Positions 49,551-62,044 of a stretch of 64,000 bases of DNA are shown here, in pieces. Position 1 is the stretch's first letter; every line of letters begins with the position of its first letter. This DNA is from Phoronis australis. Its lineage: Eukaryota > Animalia > Phoronida. The notes under the pieces were generated by a model. It was not told where the DNA came from. It made no database searches and saw only the letters and a list, made by a program, of their open reading frames with translations. The DNA lies in NCBI GenBank assembly GCA_002633005.1, contig NMRA01000211.1, positions 570,790 to 634,789 on the forward strand, written 5' to 3'. Position numbers and translations under genes: made by a program.

Positions 49551-50422
49551 ATAGATTATTACATGGCGAAGTCGTTATCCCCCGTTATCTAGAGCCCAAA
49601 TGGATTTTGGAGAATTATTGCCCGACGGGCGTTAGCCCCGAGGGTGATAATTCTACAAAATCCAAGAGGGCTCTAGATAAGGGGGATAACGACTGAGAAC
49701 ATGTAATAATCTATTTATACCACATACTGAACGAGAAACATTGCAATGAATTGATCTACCTTTCTCGACTCGCCTCGGCTTTGTAAGTACTTTCTATGTC
49801 AGAGGACCGGGGTCGGAGGTCGTGACCTTTTAAGAAAAGCCGAGACATTTTTGTAAAATAATGCTTTTACTCAAAATCAATTGAAAAATAAAACAAAGTA
49901 GAAATAAAGTGAATCTGTAAATTAAGGCTTAGCAATTGTTATAGCTTACTAAACATTTTATCACGCTAAGCTTCGACCGGGATTATATCGTCTGCTAAAG
50001 TAGGTTACCACTAGTAACTGACTATAATGCTCAAGTCAAAGGATCCCGACGACACGATACCCGCATTCAAATAGGAGATCGGTGATTTACAAGTGAGAGA
50101 ACACGAGAGAAAAATTTCACTGAATTAAAATATCGTTTTTATGGAAATTATGCGTTTTATTTTTCATAGCGTATAAATGTCGGTGCAATGCCCTTTGCTG
50201 AACATGCGATTGGTGCGCGTGTTCATTTAAGTATTCTAGTTTCACGTTCGATGACGTCAGCCGCTGAGTGGTGTAGTGGTAAAGTCGGCGACTCAAAACG
50301 CTTGAGGCCCGGGTTCGAATCCGGCCTCGGTTTCCCGCCAAAATGTTATCTCACTAGTGAGATAACATTATGGGTTATTACACGGTTGTATCTGCCATTC
50401 GAGGCTAATATTGTGGTATAAA
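49551..50422. mobile_element. Non-autonomous palindromic element, possibly Crypton-type
   Basis: 164-bp imperfect hairpin at 49551-49714, centred on CCCGACGGGCGTTAGCCCCGAGGG. TTTATACCACA (49714) is inverted as TGTGGTATAAA (50412). The structure is seen directly; the family is inferred. Confidence 0.5.
50263..50331 (+). pseudogene. tRNA-like sequence (tRNA pseudogene or SINE-type head) with A and B boxes
   Basis: A box TGGTGTAGTGG, B box GGTTCGAATCC, acceptor-like GCTGAG/CTCGGT pairing and loop CTCAAAA. Stems are imperfect. Confidence 0.65.
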
Positions 50423-50772
50423 AGAAAAATAAGTGAAGAACAGTTACACATTGTAAAGAGAACGTACTAACAATAAACTAGATAAACGCAGAGAGACTCA
50501 TAATATTTCAATTCATTTCAATAGAACTGTCTAACAATTCAATGTTGGTAGCTCTGCAATAGTGCCACTGTAAATCGTTATAGGAATAACCTNCAATCAG
50601 CGATCGCTTTCAGAATTCAGTGTTTTGACCATGAATTCGAATTGGCTTTAGTTTGGCACGCAAGTCAGGCAAATGTGAGTTTTATTTGTATGTTAGAACC
50701 GATTAACTGCAACATTATTTTGACTACAGTCCCCTTTTAAGTATTCTAGTTTCACGTTCGATGACGTCAGCC

Positions 50773-50841
50773 GCTGAGTGGTGTAGTGGTAAAGTCGGCG
50801 ACTCAAAACGCTTGAGGCCCGGGTTCGAATCCGGCCTCGGT
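50773..50841 (+). pseudogene. Identical second copy of the tRNA-like sequence
   Basis: Lies within the 367-bp duplication. Confidence 0.6.
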
Positions 50842-53800
50842 TTCCCGCCAAAATGTTATCTCACTAGTGAGATAACACTATGGGTTATTACACGGTTGTA
50901 TCTGCCATTCGAGGCTAATATTGTGGTATAAAAGAAAAATAAGTGAAGAACAGTTACACATTGTAAAGAGAACGTACTAACAATAAACTAGATAAACGCA
51001 GAGAGACTCATAATATTTCAATTCATTTCAATAGAACTGTCTAACAATTCAGTGTTGGTAGCTCTGCAATAGTGCCATTGTAAATCGTTATAGGAATAAC
51101 CTCGAAAAAGAAACAAATGCCCTACATCTACATAAAAAGTTCTATCTGAATATGCAAGCTATCTAACGCACAGCACACATTCACGGTAAAAGCGCAAACG
51201 CACAACTTAGGATTCTGTCTTAACCTCGTAACAACAATTTTCTCTAATATTACATTTTTGGTAACCACTCTTGCTTCACGTCATTAGTAAGCAGCAAGAA
51301 CAAGAAGCGATCGACCTGGTGGATTTTAACGCACTAAGAGGGCCAGATATCGCGGCATCCCAACAAGTTTTAACACCTCTCTTTCTGGAGCGGCGTGTAC
51401 TTTGCAGCAGATGTCAACAACGTCTACGTTGTACTCCAACACGTCGACGCGGATGTTGACTAAATGGATAGCTTCGACTTCGTCGCTTTTTGAACCACCG
51501 CGACGCTGCTACCAATATTTCTACGCAGTTGTATTCACGGGGTGGTCCCGTCACTAATACCTTCCTTGCTGGCAAGCGACGAGATCCTTTCGCGTACAAA
51601 CGTTTGTACTCCATCGGCAATTGAGCGGTAGTGGCAAATGTGGAACCAAAGCAATTACAAGCAGAGGACTTTGTGGCTTACAAATGACCAAACAGCTGTC
51701 TTCAGTTACGGAGTGAACATGCTGCTCCAAAAGCGACGGTGGAACTTGATGTAACGTGGCGACATTTAGGACCATTTTATTTTTTTCCGTTTGAGCGCTA
51801 CGTCGACGTGATTGAGCACGAGTTCAGCATGATCAAGTAATAAATAGACGTGAAACTAGATCAAACCGACGTGGAAAACCCCGACGTCGATGCTGTGAAC
51901 AATGCGATTGTCCCTCATGAGCTATCAAAACTTTGGAACACAGTGGTATTAAATAAACAACTAGGCTACGTTTCCTTGACTCATTTCTGGCGTAGCTACA
52001 GTACTCTTCAAGATAACATTATGGACAGTCTTTAGAGCAAAAATATAATTCGAAAAGCTTATCTTGACGTTATCGCTTTTCCGATCTAACAGAAGCCCTT
52101 GTTATCCCAACTTCCATGAGGAAAGAAATAACTTACTAAAGGTACACTCGATTGGATTCCTGAAATATAAAAAATCAACTAAGACAAATTGTTCCTGGCT
52201 ACGATCACCGAAAAATTGACATGCGATTGTGGCATATTTATCTTCACAAGTACAAAATCACGAATCCATTAATGGTCATGCACCCTCAATTCCATTCCAG
52301 AAATTAAGGCAAAATATGTCATTATCAACCAGATTTTTGCCAATTTCCATTGGTCTGAAAGATACCTATATTAGTGCCACAAAATCCCACTTAACAAAGA
52401 CGTGCTCTGAAAATGACGTGTCTTCCGCATCCGGATAGCACAAAGTATAGGTCATATTTGTGGATTTCTTACGTTTAAAACAACTTCAAGGAAGTGCTGA
52501 ATACCATTCGTAAAATCACTTCCCATTCACTTCATAAAATTGTCCTCAAACTTGACAAACTCCATTTTCTTAACTTTTAGCGTAGCAACGTATTTCCCAA
52601 GCGTGGTCTTACACATTAAGAGCATGTTCGCGAATGGACCAGGCAGAGGGTGATAAACGCTATGTCACAGATTCTCTTTATATTTTGTCTGTGAGATGAC
52701 ACTGGCCCCACTGACACCAGACCACCTTTATTTTTTTCAAAACGCCCCCTTTTGGTTTCCATGGATACTATTTGTTTCGGACAAGTTTTGAGCCTGGCGG
52801 CCGTTGAGTTTTAGTAAAATTCCAACAGTTACGTCACACAGTGGAAGTAACGTTGAAATATTGAACCTGTGTCATTGATCAGGTGTGACCTTGGACTACT
52901 TTATTCATGAAAATTTAAAAGATTTCGATAATTTTTGTCTGTTTTTAGAGCCGCATAAGATGAGTAATTTTAGTGATTTTTGAAACTGTCAAAATTGGCT
53001 AAATTTGTATCGCGATATCTCAGCTGGCACAGGTTTCAGAACATTTTAGTGCCATCCAGTGTGTTGAGCTATTTTAGGTCTACAAAATAAGACAAAAAAA
53101 TTTCTGGCGCGAAAGGATTTCATGTCATTTGAAGCCGAAAATGACTGGTGGTCACGCCATTTCACCACAATGAGTAATGCGAACAAACATCAACAAAAAG
53201 TGAATATTAGTTAATAGTTGGCCCGCAAACGGCGAATTAATTTTATCATTTATCGAATTTTGTATTTTCTGGGCACCGACGGTACACTACTTTATTTCTG
53301 AAAAGTGCTCGTAGTCATGGAATTAGGATACTTACTACACAAATAGCAGTAGTTTTGGCAGGACACCTTTTGCGAGAGTCGAAATTCAAATCTCACTGGT
53401 TTTACAAAGCTCAGTAATCTTATTTGCACGGCTAAAAACAAAAAAAAACACCGCCGAAAAATCATTTTCATAACATTTTCCTTCAAAAATCGTGATTGCC
53501 CCCTCCCCACTTGAGACGTTCCAAATCTTACAGTGTTGTAAAAACAAGATCATTTATTCTTGGTTTTATCAGTGATTGTCTTGTTAACAAAGATGCTTAC
53601 TGAAGGTTAGCTGTGGAGTGCGTCTGAACAAACTTTTTTGAAGGAATCTTCAAGTGGTTTTGATGCAGGGCGTTGAAAGCGGAGGACAGTGGACAGTGTC
53701 AAGGTGAAAGATTCATTGACAATTACAGGCAAATGCAAAACCACTGGTCAGATTCATTCCGTGGACGTTATATAGCCGCCAGTGGTATGACTGGCTAATG

Positions 53801-54340
53801 TTATCATTTTGCTATCTACGCGCAATTTGTTATGATTGACACAAGTGAAAAATGGGAGACTTTCGAGTAGCAATTGGGGCTGACTACATGGAACCAGCTA
53901 CCAGTGAGAAGATACTTCACCTGCGCAGTGAGAGGCACAGAGGAACGTACTTGAAAAAGTGTGTGATTAGTTGTGAGAAGTCTAAAGAAGTGAATTCAAA
54001 ATACTTCCCAGTCCTCCAGAGGGCAAAGGTATCCTCCATGTGATCAGCTGTTACTTGACTATATAAATGCCTCATGTTGGAAGCATGATCAAATTTTCAT
54101 CCACTGCGGAGGTCATGTGAAAGTAGAGAGGATGATAAAGGCTGCTTTCAGTATAAAGTCCATAAGTACACGACAAGTATTGTATTGTAGCTCATGTTTT
54201 TCCATGACTTCTCAGCAGACAAACAATATACAGCGTATAAACTTTGAAACTCAAGTTCAAAATATAACTTCATGCACATTGCTAAGTCTTCGAGGTGCTT
54301 TAATAGCAAGACTACCAACTTTCTAAGGCAAAATCACAGC

Positions 54341-54990
54341 AGAGATATCTAAAAGTGGTAACTGATCTAAGTGCTAATGGACTGTCTCAAATAGGACACT
54401 CGTATGTGAGCTGTTCAAAATACAGGTGATTTCACTTACATATACATGTACCTCCTCATACCATATAGTGCATGTAACTTTCCAGTCTGTATATACAATG
54501 TTGGACCACTTTAAAGTAAAACGTGATATTTAATGCGACTAGTACCTGGTTTAACACACATCGCTTGGTTAATTTATACAAACTACCATTGAAAACACGA
54601 GGTATCTAAATGTGTTAAAAGATCTAAATACCAGTGAATTGGCTCAAGCATAACACTCCTGATGTTAACAATTCAGAATACAGGTGACCTCGGCACCTCC
54701 CTTAACTCATCATCACATACCGTACAAATAACTCTCACTCTGCAAAAACAATGTTGGAACAGATTAAATTAAAAATCATGTTTAATGTGACTGTAATCTG
54801 GTTTAACACGGGTCATCCAGTTAAGTGGTACAAAATAGCATGGAAAAACGAGATATGTAAATGTGTTCTTTGATCTAAATGCCAGTGAATTGGTTCAAGT
54901 ATGACATTCCCAAAGTTAACCTTTCAAAATATAGGGCCCTACCATAATTTGTCATCACATACACTACATGAAACTAGCCAGTCTGCCTAC
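54341..54990. repeat. About 2.6 copies of a diverged tandem repeat of roughly 255 bp
   Basis: GAG.TAT.TAAA.GTG...GATCTAA.T.C.A.TG.A.TG..TCAA at 54341, 54599 and 54850. Confidence 0.75.
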
Positions 54991-56109
54991 CTTTCCTTGA
55001 GCTTGTACATAAGTTAACACTCAGATAAGGCTTTGCTTTTTAGTTGAGTGGTGTAATTTGAATTTAAAAGATGAAAACTGAAATACCAGCATCTTAAATA
55101 AATTTGACGGCAAAGTTTCAACTAGAACACAGACTAAATAGCCCAAATTTTACTGACAAAATCACAGCAAGTGTTGCTATGTTGCATTTTGCATTTACCT
55201 CAGTTTCTACAATATCACATCAATAACAACAGGTTAAATCCCTCAGACAAGCCAACAGATTGTACAATGTTCGGACAAAGATGAAATCCGGAATATTACT
55301 GGACATCACTGACTGTCAAATTCATTATCTCCCTCATTTGACTATTTTCCAGCGCGGTTCAAGGCTGAAAAGAAACCTTTATCCTGTTGTAGTGTCAGGC
55401 AGCCTTCCTCCCGAAACTGTTCATCCGTCTCCATCGCCTGTGCAGTTCTTGCGGGATATGCTTTGTTGTTCTACTTTCTGCAAAATGACAGGCAGGTTGT
55501 AACACTCTCGAATTATACACTTTTTGCAGAACTTCACAGAGCCCAGCCACTACACAGGTGTGACTGCCGCTGAGTGATCCAATGAGTTTAGCTGAGATAA
55601 GTCATTTGACCCATGTAGTGTAATATGTAAAACGACCCTAAGTACAACAAGAAAAAACAATGTGGGTACTTGATTTATTTTTGCCGGATTCCTTTGGACA
55701 TCAAAAGAATATCATATCAAGACAATAAATGTCGACATAGTGGAACTCATAAAACATAACGACAGGCTATGATTTCCAGAGTTACATAATTCACTGACAG
55801 CTGAAGTGAAATGAAATTGGCATGCAGGTTGTCAGTTAAAATTGGAATTTATAATGCTATAACTGCAGCATTCATCAATATATCTATAGAAAAATACTTC
55901 TTGTAATGAACTAAAAAGAAGACGCATAACAACAATAATGGTTGTTGAAAAGTGAAAGTTAATGCGATATTGCATTTTCCGCTTGCAACAGGTACAGGCC
56001 AGTAGATGCACATAATCTCGGACTAAACTTAAACTATCTCAAGACGCTACTAGTAAGTGGACTGAACAGCTCTAGGCTAGCCTAGACTCCAACAACGGCG
56101 ACAGCACAG

Positions 56110-56826
56110 GTATATCATTTGCCCTTAGGAACACAAGATGCAGGCATAGGACTACTAAACTTCACCAGTGGGCACAATAAAAAGCTCTGTCTATACTGTA
56201 CAAAAACAAGTGCTGTTGCTATATTTTGTGGTACATGCATGGTCACAGAGTTTGTGAATTCCCTGAAAGGAGAACCAGTAACTTGCACTGCAGGGTACTG
56301 TATTATAATAACAACTGTTGTTTCTAGAGATGCTAACTGGTTCTCGAATCATGTATCCACACAACTGACTATTACCGGCACAATGCTACCGTGATAACTT
56401 CAAATTCAAACAAAGTAGTAGTAGTACTCACCAGATCCAACAGGAAAGAACATATGCATTGACATTGTTGAGTTCCTGTGGAAGTAAGTTGACTTTAGAC
56501 ATTTCAACCACCATCCACACTTCATGCTTGGCACGCGAGCTACTGCTAATGAAATGGGTGTTTGCACAGTCTACTTGGTTTCCACAGAATTCCAAGATGA
56601 GCCCAGTGTCTTGCCCTTGCCTTGGACGCAGTCACACAGGCGTGACACGGGTACGGTGAACACGCATTTGTAAATTGTCCGATTCTCGCCAAATTGAGTT
56701 GCCGCACAGTCTGTAGGTGCGGTGGATTGGTACTCCGGCACTTTATGTCGCATCAAGATTTCACATATGTGCAGAGAACATTCTTTTAAGGTCCCACACA
56801 CTTCATCACACTCCATCATACTAGCA
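56110..56826 (-). pseudogene. Spliced N-terminal remnant of a Sola-like transposase
   Basis: EN..I....LGSSW..CKHPFH..FPVGS|GTGAG intron|ALCR. Resembles the N-terminal motif of the transposase at 5017-5305. Confidence 0.4.
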
Positions 56827-59800
56827 GTTAACACAGCAAGTCAGAATCAGCCATTTTGCCACCACTAAAGTGACACCTGTGTGTTGGACACTGGGTTCAC
56901 GAAAAACGTGGAATTTTAATTAAAAAGGAAAAATATCTTAAACACTTGCACCTGACTTAATGACACTAAACTAAATATTAATAAACCAACTTTTGAATCA
57001 AAATTATGCACTTTACTGGTGTTGTAACGATTCACAGGTATCGGTATTGAAGGTAATTTCTACTCAGGTGGTTGTCACAATCTTGCAATTCCTATAGAAA
57101 AATGCTCAGCGCCAAAAGATCTTATTGTACTAATCAACAGCAATAAGATAGAAACGTCTTGCGTAAAAGTCTGGTGTTGATCAGTGTTGTGCCAGCTGAG
57201 ATATACGGGCTCAAAATGTGGCAAAATTGCAATGCCTTGTTAACCTCTGACCCCTCTATACTTTATGCCTAAAATTTTTAACTTAACGGCAGAGTTAATG
57301 AGTATTGTTTAACATGCTTGTGAAGCCGAAGACTTGCTTTATTTATAAATTACAAACAAATAATGATCTTGTTCGCCGGTATTTTTTATTATGCAGTTCA
57401 AATAAGGCATTTTCGGCGAGTTCATTGCATGGTATACCCCCAAAATAGAGGCTCCCTGATCTCTCCCCCTTACACAAGGTAAAATGAGATTGGACTTTAC
57501 TGTTTTGCTTATCATCATAAAGGTAACTAAAATGCATAGTTTGGTTCAAATCGGTGACATTGGGTTTATCACCCCTCTGGGAATTTTTGCCTGCTGTGAG
57601 CCGGACTTCACTCTTAAATTCTAATAGAAGTGACGAAGCTACTGAGATGGTTTCAATCAATTAAATCTAGAGTTTGATGCATGCGCTAATAATTACTTGG
57701 CCTGCCCTTATTTCCGCAATTATGAAATGTAAGTCTTAAGTAACTTTCCTGAAACCGATCCCAGGTCTAGATACGAGGAACCGGTAATAATCTGTTTACC
57801 CCAAATATTGAGCTATAAACTCTGCACAATTCGTTCAAGAAAAGAGAAAGCATTCAATCGTTGTTGTGTTCCTCGTCAGTCATGTCTATGTCTCACTGTG
57901 AATCAAATCAGACAGGTGAGCTTCGTCTATAGAACACTCCAACATTCCCATCACTTTTTCCTGCCTTATCGATACTCCCACGAGAAGTAAACGCCTCGAT
58001 TTTCACCTGGTATTTACTTGTCCGGCTAAACTTGGGCGACTATGTCATTATTACGAAGAAGTAAATATTTCATATATAAAGATGTTCACATTTATTCCGT
58101 AAGCAACGTCAGACTGTTTCAAATGCGAATAATTATCTAATGCTGTAGAAGTGGATGAAATAATTTTGCAACAGGTATGTGATTGTCTGTTACAACTGCA
58201 TCACTCAAACCGATTTCATATGAGTGAAAACGCTATCATGACGCTGCAAAATAAATCTTTGAAACAGTCACATACCAGTATCAATTTTCAAGCCTACAAT
58301 GTGCGGAGCTTTCAAATTTGTTCCTTAATTATATGATATCTAAATGCATATTTACACCACTTCTAGCCTATTTACATTGATATGACCTTTCAATCGGCCA
58401 TCTCTTCTGCCACCTACAGGTGTTACAATGTTCGTAGAAGAACGAGCAAGCGTACCTCGTGTACTCTTGGCGGGCACTTGGAACACACTTTTCCTGCAAT
58501 ATTTGAAACAGGAAAAATGTGTAATCCAAGTGCCCAGATACCTATGCTTTCTTCTGAGAAAGCTTTAGTACCTGGAGATGGTTGGAGACGTGTCTGTTCC
58601 AATGTAAATAGGCTAGAGATTGTTGTAAATAGACCAAGAGAAGTGATGAAATATCATCACCTCAAAGCAGTATCAAGAAGTCATACTGCTAAGTTTTGAT
58701 GATTGACGAGCTTGGCTACAGTAAAGTATTCTATTGCAAATGCTGAAGTCCAATTGGATTACGTGGTATAGGACATGGCCGAATTAAACATGATCAGTGA
58801 TTATAAATTAGGTAAAATACTAGCGAAATTATATTGGCGACATGGATGCCAATTCAAACGCAGCAATTATTACTGCTTTACAGGCATTTGCCAGAAGCTT
58901 CGAGTTTAGGCGTTTAGAGCATAGACTGACGAAAAATGACCTACAACAATCCAGTTGTGGGGGAAGCTTTTCTAATTTCAGATGATCAAAACCTGCAAGC
59001 GATGGCTAGCAAAAGCGGCCTCTGCGAATAAAGACGGCAGATACCAATCGTAATCGGCACGAGTATAAACCGTCGCAGTTGCACAATTAGTAACAATCCT
59101 TAAATTGTCAGTTTGTCCAGACCTTTGGAGCTGTCGTATTAGCTGCTGCCGATAGGCTGTGGGTTTTATGGTTGGAGAAATCGATGTAACACTCAAACTG
59201 CGACAGTTTGTGCAGATTGTCGAGTCAATATAATCAAAATGAAATTGGATACCATGACAATTTATTCAAGTCTTCGAAGTCTTGAGGAAAACACTGCCAT
59301 GAAATAGGACAAAACGAACACCTGTGCCGTCTAAACGACACATTTTACAGCAGCCGGAGAAACCTGTGGAAAATCAGATCCCATGGACACCTCGCCGCCC
59401 TCCGTCTGGCAAGACGGAGGGCGGCGGTGGCCAAACACAGGTGAGGAACACTCACTGAGATCATGGATAGCCCTTGATTGTACCGTCTTGCGAACCTGGT
59501 GTGCATTCCTCGTCAGCCGCTGTGGACAGCACCGCAACGTAGCATTCGCTGTCCCGGCAAAAAAGTCCCACGGTCCTGGTTGTGGGCCGTTGCTACATCA
59601 CGGTACGGTTGCCGAACGCACTGGAGAAGATCTGAGTGCGGACGATATCGGCGACCACGAGAGAAGATGGCAACACGGGCCAGTAGGCTTGGGCTATTTT
59701 CGATTTCGGGATGCATGATATCCGAGGATGGTTCATTACCCACGGCCGACCGACAAGTTTTGAGTGGTCACCCCAGGCCAACGCTTTGCAGAAGACGTCC

Positions 59801-61822
59801 TTAGAAATTATTCGCAATCCGGAGACCTGATTTAGAAAAGATTTCAAAGACTCACCTCTGAAATAGTAGACACAGATGGCCAATACTGAACAGTAAATTT
59901 TGCGGGACTTCGACATTTCTTCAAAGACCCACTTCCAAAACCAGCAATGAAAAAATAACAATATCAAACGCAGGTAGATCGCATGCAATAAGAGAAAACG
60001 CATAATAGGATCTGAGCGTCATACATAAGGACACTCAAATCAAATTGATACATCATATTTCTTTGCATCCTTCACGTGACATGGGAGATAAATCTGGAGG
60101 CATTCTGTGTAGTGCTGAAAGTGTAAGTCACAGAAGTGCTTGTATAAGTCAGTTTAAGGGGCTGTGGACATTGAAAGGTATACTTATGGATAGACCTTGG
60201 ATGTATGACCAAATTTAAGAAATCTCCAGAATTGGCTTTTTCATTTTTATTGTTTTGAAATGTCCCAACATTGCGTATCATACTCTCTTTAACGTGAAAC
60301 TTGCACGCTAATTCCTTACTTGTATCTCTGTGCTGGCTTGGTCAACTTTGTTAGAAACACAACACACAGCAGCGATGTGAATATGAAGTAGGCTGGAAAG
60401 TGCCAAACATTTTTAAGAAAGAATTTTGCATCGAAATGATCTGCAGTAAATCACTCAAAAGTATCCTTTAAGTATCTTGATGTGGTGTTGATGATGCGGG
60501 CTATGTGAACCCGCGAAGTACGACATTAGTGCAAAGTTCATCTATTTGCAGATTTTTTTGTTTTCACATCTAAAAGTTGTCAGTGAATACAACTGCACTT
60601 CGCTTAGCGTAGATAAATGCACAAAACGTACCGAGAGTGGCGTACATGAAGTAATTAACCACTCGACATTATTCCGCGTATCGACCTCGACCGAATATTT
60701 GTATTTATCCCATACGCTTCGAATTCCTAAGTTTCTTTCATATTTTCGGTAGATTTTTTAAATACTTCACTCAGACTGTTCACGTGGCGGAGCACATCCT
60801 ATATGTATGCACTTGCGCGTTATGTTGCAATTTTTGTCTAGTAAAAGAAAAAATTTTAAATGTAACCATTTATTACTTGAAAAGATATAACAAACATGAA
60901 TGCAACGGTAACTGTGCAGTGAACTTGTAACATTTCCTGAAAATAGTTTAGTAACGACAATATTTCATGTTGTAGCTACCGAGGAATCGACGCCTGAGTT
61001 GTAGACGACATCATATTACAAATTGAAAACTGAGACAGAACTGTCATATAATGAACAGTCCTGTTCTGGATGTTACGACTGAGACCTGATTGCATGTTAA
61101 GTGTTACTCAAACTGTTGTAATTGCATTACTTTAAACTATTTTCCGAAACTTTGATGATCGAACCAGCTATCGACGTAGAGTCGACATTGGCCTACCTTT
61201 TGAACTTTCCATGTCAGAGGTCGCTGTTGAAGTAGTGCGGGAGGTGAATACGGAAAACATTATCACATGGCCGTATTTCCCCCGAGTGATTCAACGTGTA
61301 TTGGATAATGTTTAAATAGCATAGTCGTTTAGTTCCTGCTATACATTATTTTAGTTAGGAGCATGCAAATACATCTTTAATGAAATGTAATTTTTGTAAC
61401 CTCAATACATTTAAATTGGTTTCAAGCAGAAAGTAGTAATGAGGAGCAACGTTAAATGCTGTTCTAAATTACGCCAGTTCATGCTTTGAAGGCTTAAACA
61501 CACTTTCGCAATTGATAATTAGTTCAACTATACAAACCACAAATTGTCACAGAGAAAAAACAAACGACATTCTGAGCTTCGAAGGACAGCACCAACTGGA
61601 CATTGCGGCAGTTTGTGTGACGTTTTGTCTAGACACTCCGAATATTCGTATACCACTATCGTATCCGACTGATGCAAGTGTGAAGACAAGTATTCTGAAA
61701 CGAACTAAAAGATGTATGCAGTCACACACGACAACTGGGGTGTTTAAATAATGGTTCAGAAGTCATACATGAAGTCGCATGAGTGTGCAAAAAAGACTAT
61801 AAGCCACAATGCAGAAACTAAC

Positions 61823-62044
61823 CATTGACGGTAACATCGCACAGCGTAAGTGTTTCTGATGTCCCAGGTATCTGTATAATCAGGTAGGTAGGGTCCGTAC
61901 ACGGGGGATGGGTCACACAAAATCGCCAAGGTCTGCCCTGTGGGAAAACTCCATCTCAAACCTTGAACAACACGCAATGACCTTGTACTGCAGCTGGAGC
62001 GGATATGTTGGACACTTTGATCTCAAAATCGTGCAATCGCTTCT
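61823..62044 (-). pseudogene. Lectin copy C exon 3 (F-type lectin C-half), pseudogenised
   Basis: Acceptor TTTTAG|, then EKRLHDFEIKVSN...CDPSPVYG..LIIQIPGTSETLTLCDVTVN, then donor G|GTTAG. Has an in-frame TGA, a -1 deletion, a +4 CTAC duplication and loss of a conserved Cys. Confidence 0.88.

Larger units (their letters stand above)
50226..51102. repeat. 367-bp near-identical duplication (50226-50592 and 50736-51102) beside an N; possible assembly or haplotype artefact
   Basis: Offset 510 bp, 3 mismatches seen, and the first copy ends exactly at the N at 50593. Confidence 0.9.
52644..57579 (-). mobile_element. Old TIR DNA transposon, Sola-like
   Basis: CAGAGGGTGATAAACGCTATGTCAC at 52644 is inverted as GTGACATTGGGTTTATCACCCCTCTG ending 57579. 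A second inverted pair ATATCTCAGCTGGCACA lies near 53015 and 57190. Confidence 0.55.

Noticed and set aside
50263-50331. Functional tRNA-Leu(CAA)
   Set aside because: The D and anticodon stems are defective, there is no long variable arm, only a TTT run follows, and it is embedded in a repeat element.
51400-51525. Fanzor/TnpB-like C-terminus (CSRCQQRL...NHRDAATNI)
   Set aside because: Spacing does not fit RDxNAAxNI, the second Cys pair and upstream RuvC motifs are absent, there are two stops, and another frame looks more coding-like. Probably chance, though an HMM search would settle it.
53690-54050. Academ-like C-terminal CXC remnant (PP..YH..Y.Q..WG..PA..KILHL)
   Set aside because: Requires several frameshifts, and the diagnostic cysteines are mostly missing.
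58690-58725. VLMIDELGY, resembling an IstB/AAA Walker B motif
   Set aside because: Isolated in a stop-ridden frame with no Walker A or other support.
59570-59780. NNMT-like methyltransferase (GCGP...FEWSP)
   Set aside because: The motifs are separated by a stop, have the wrong spacing and are too short to support a call.
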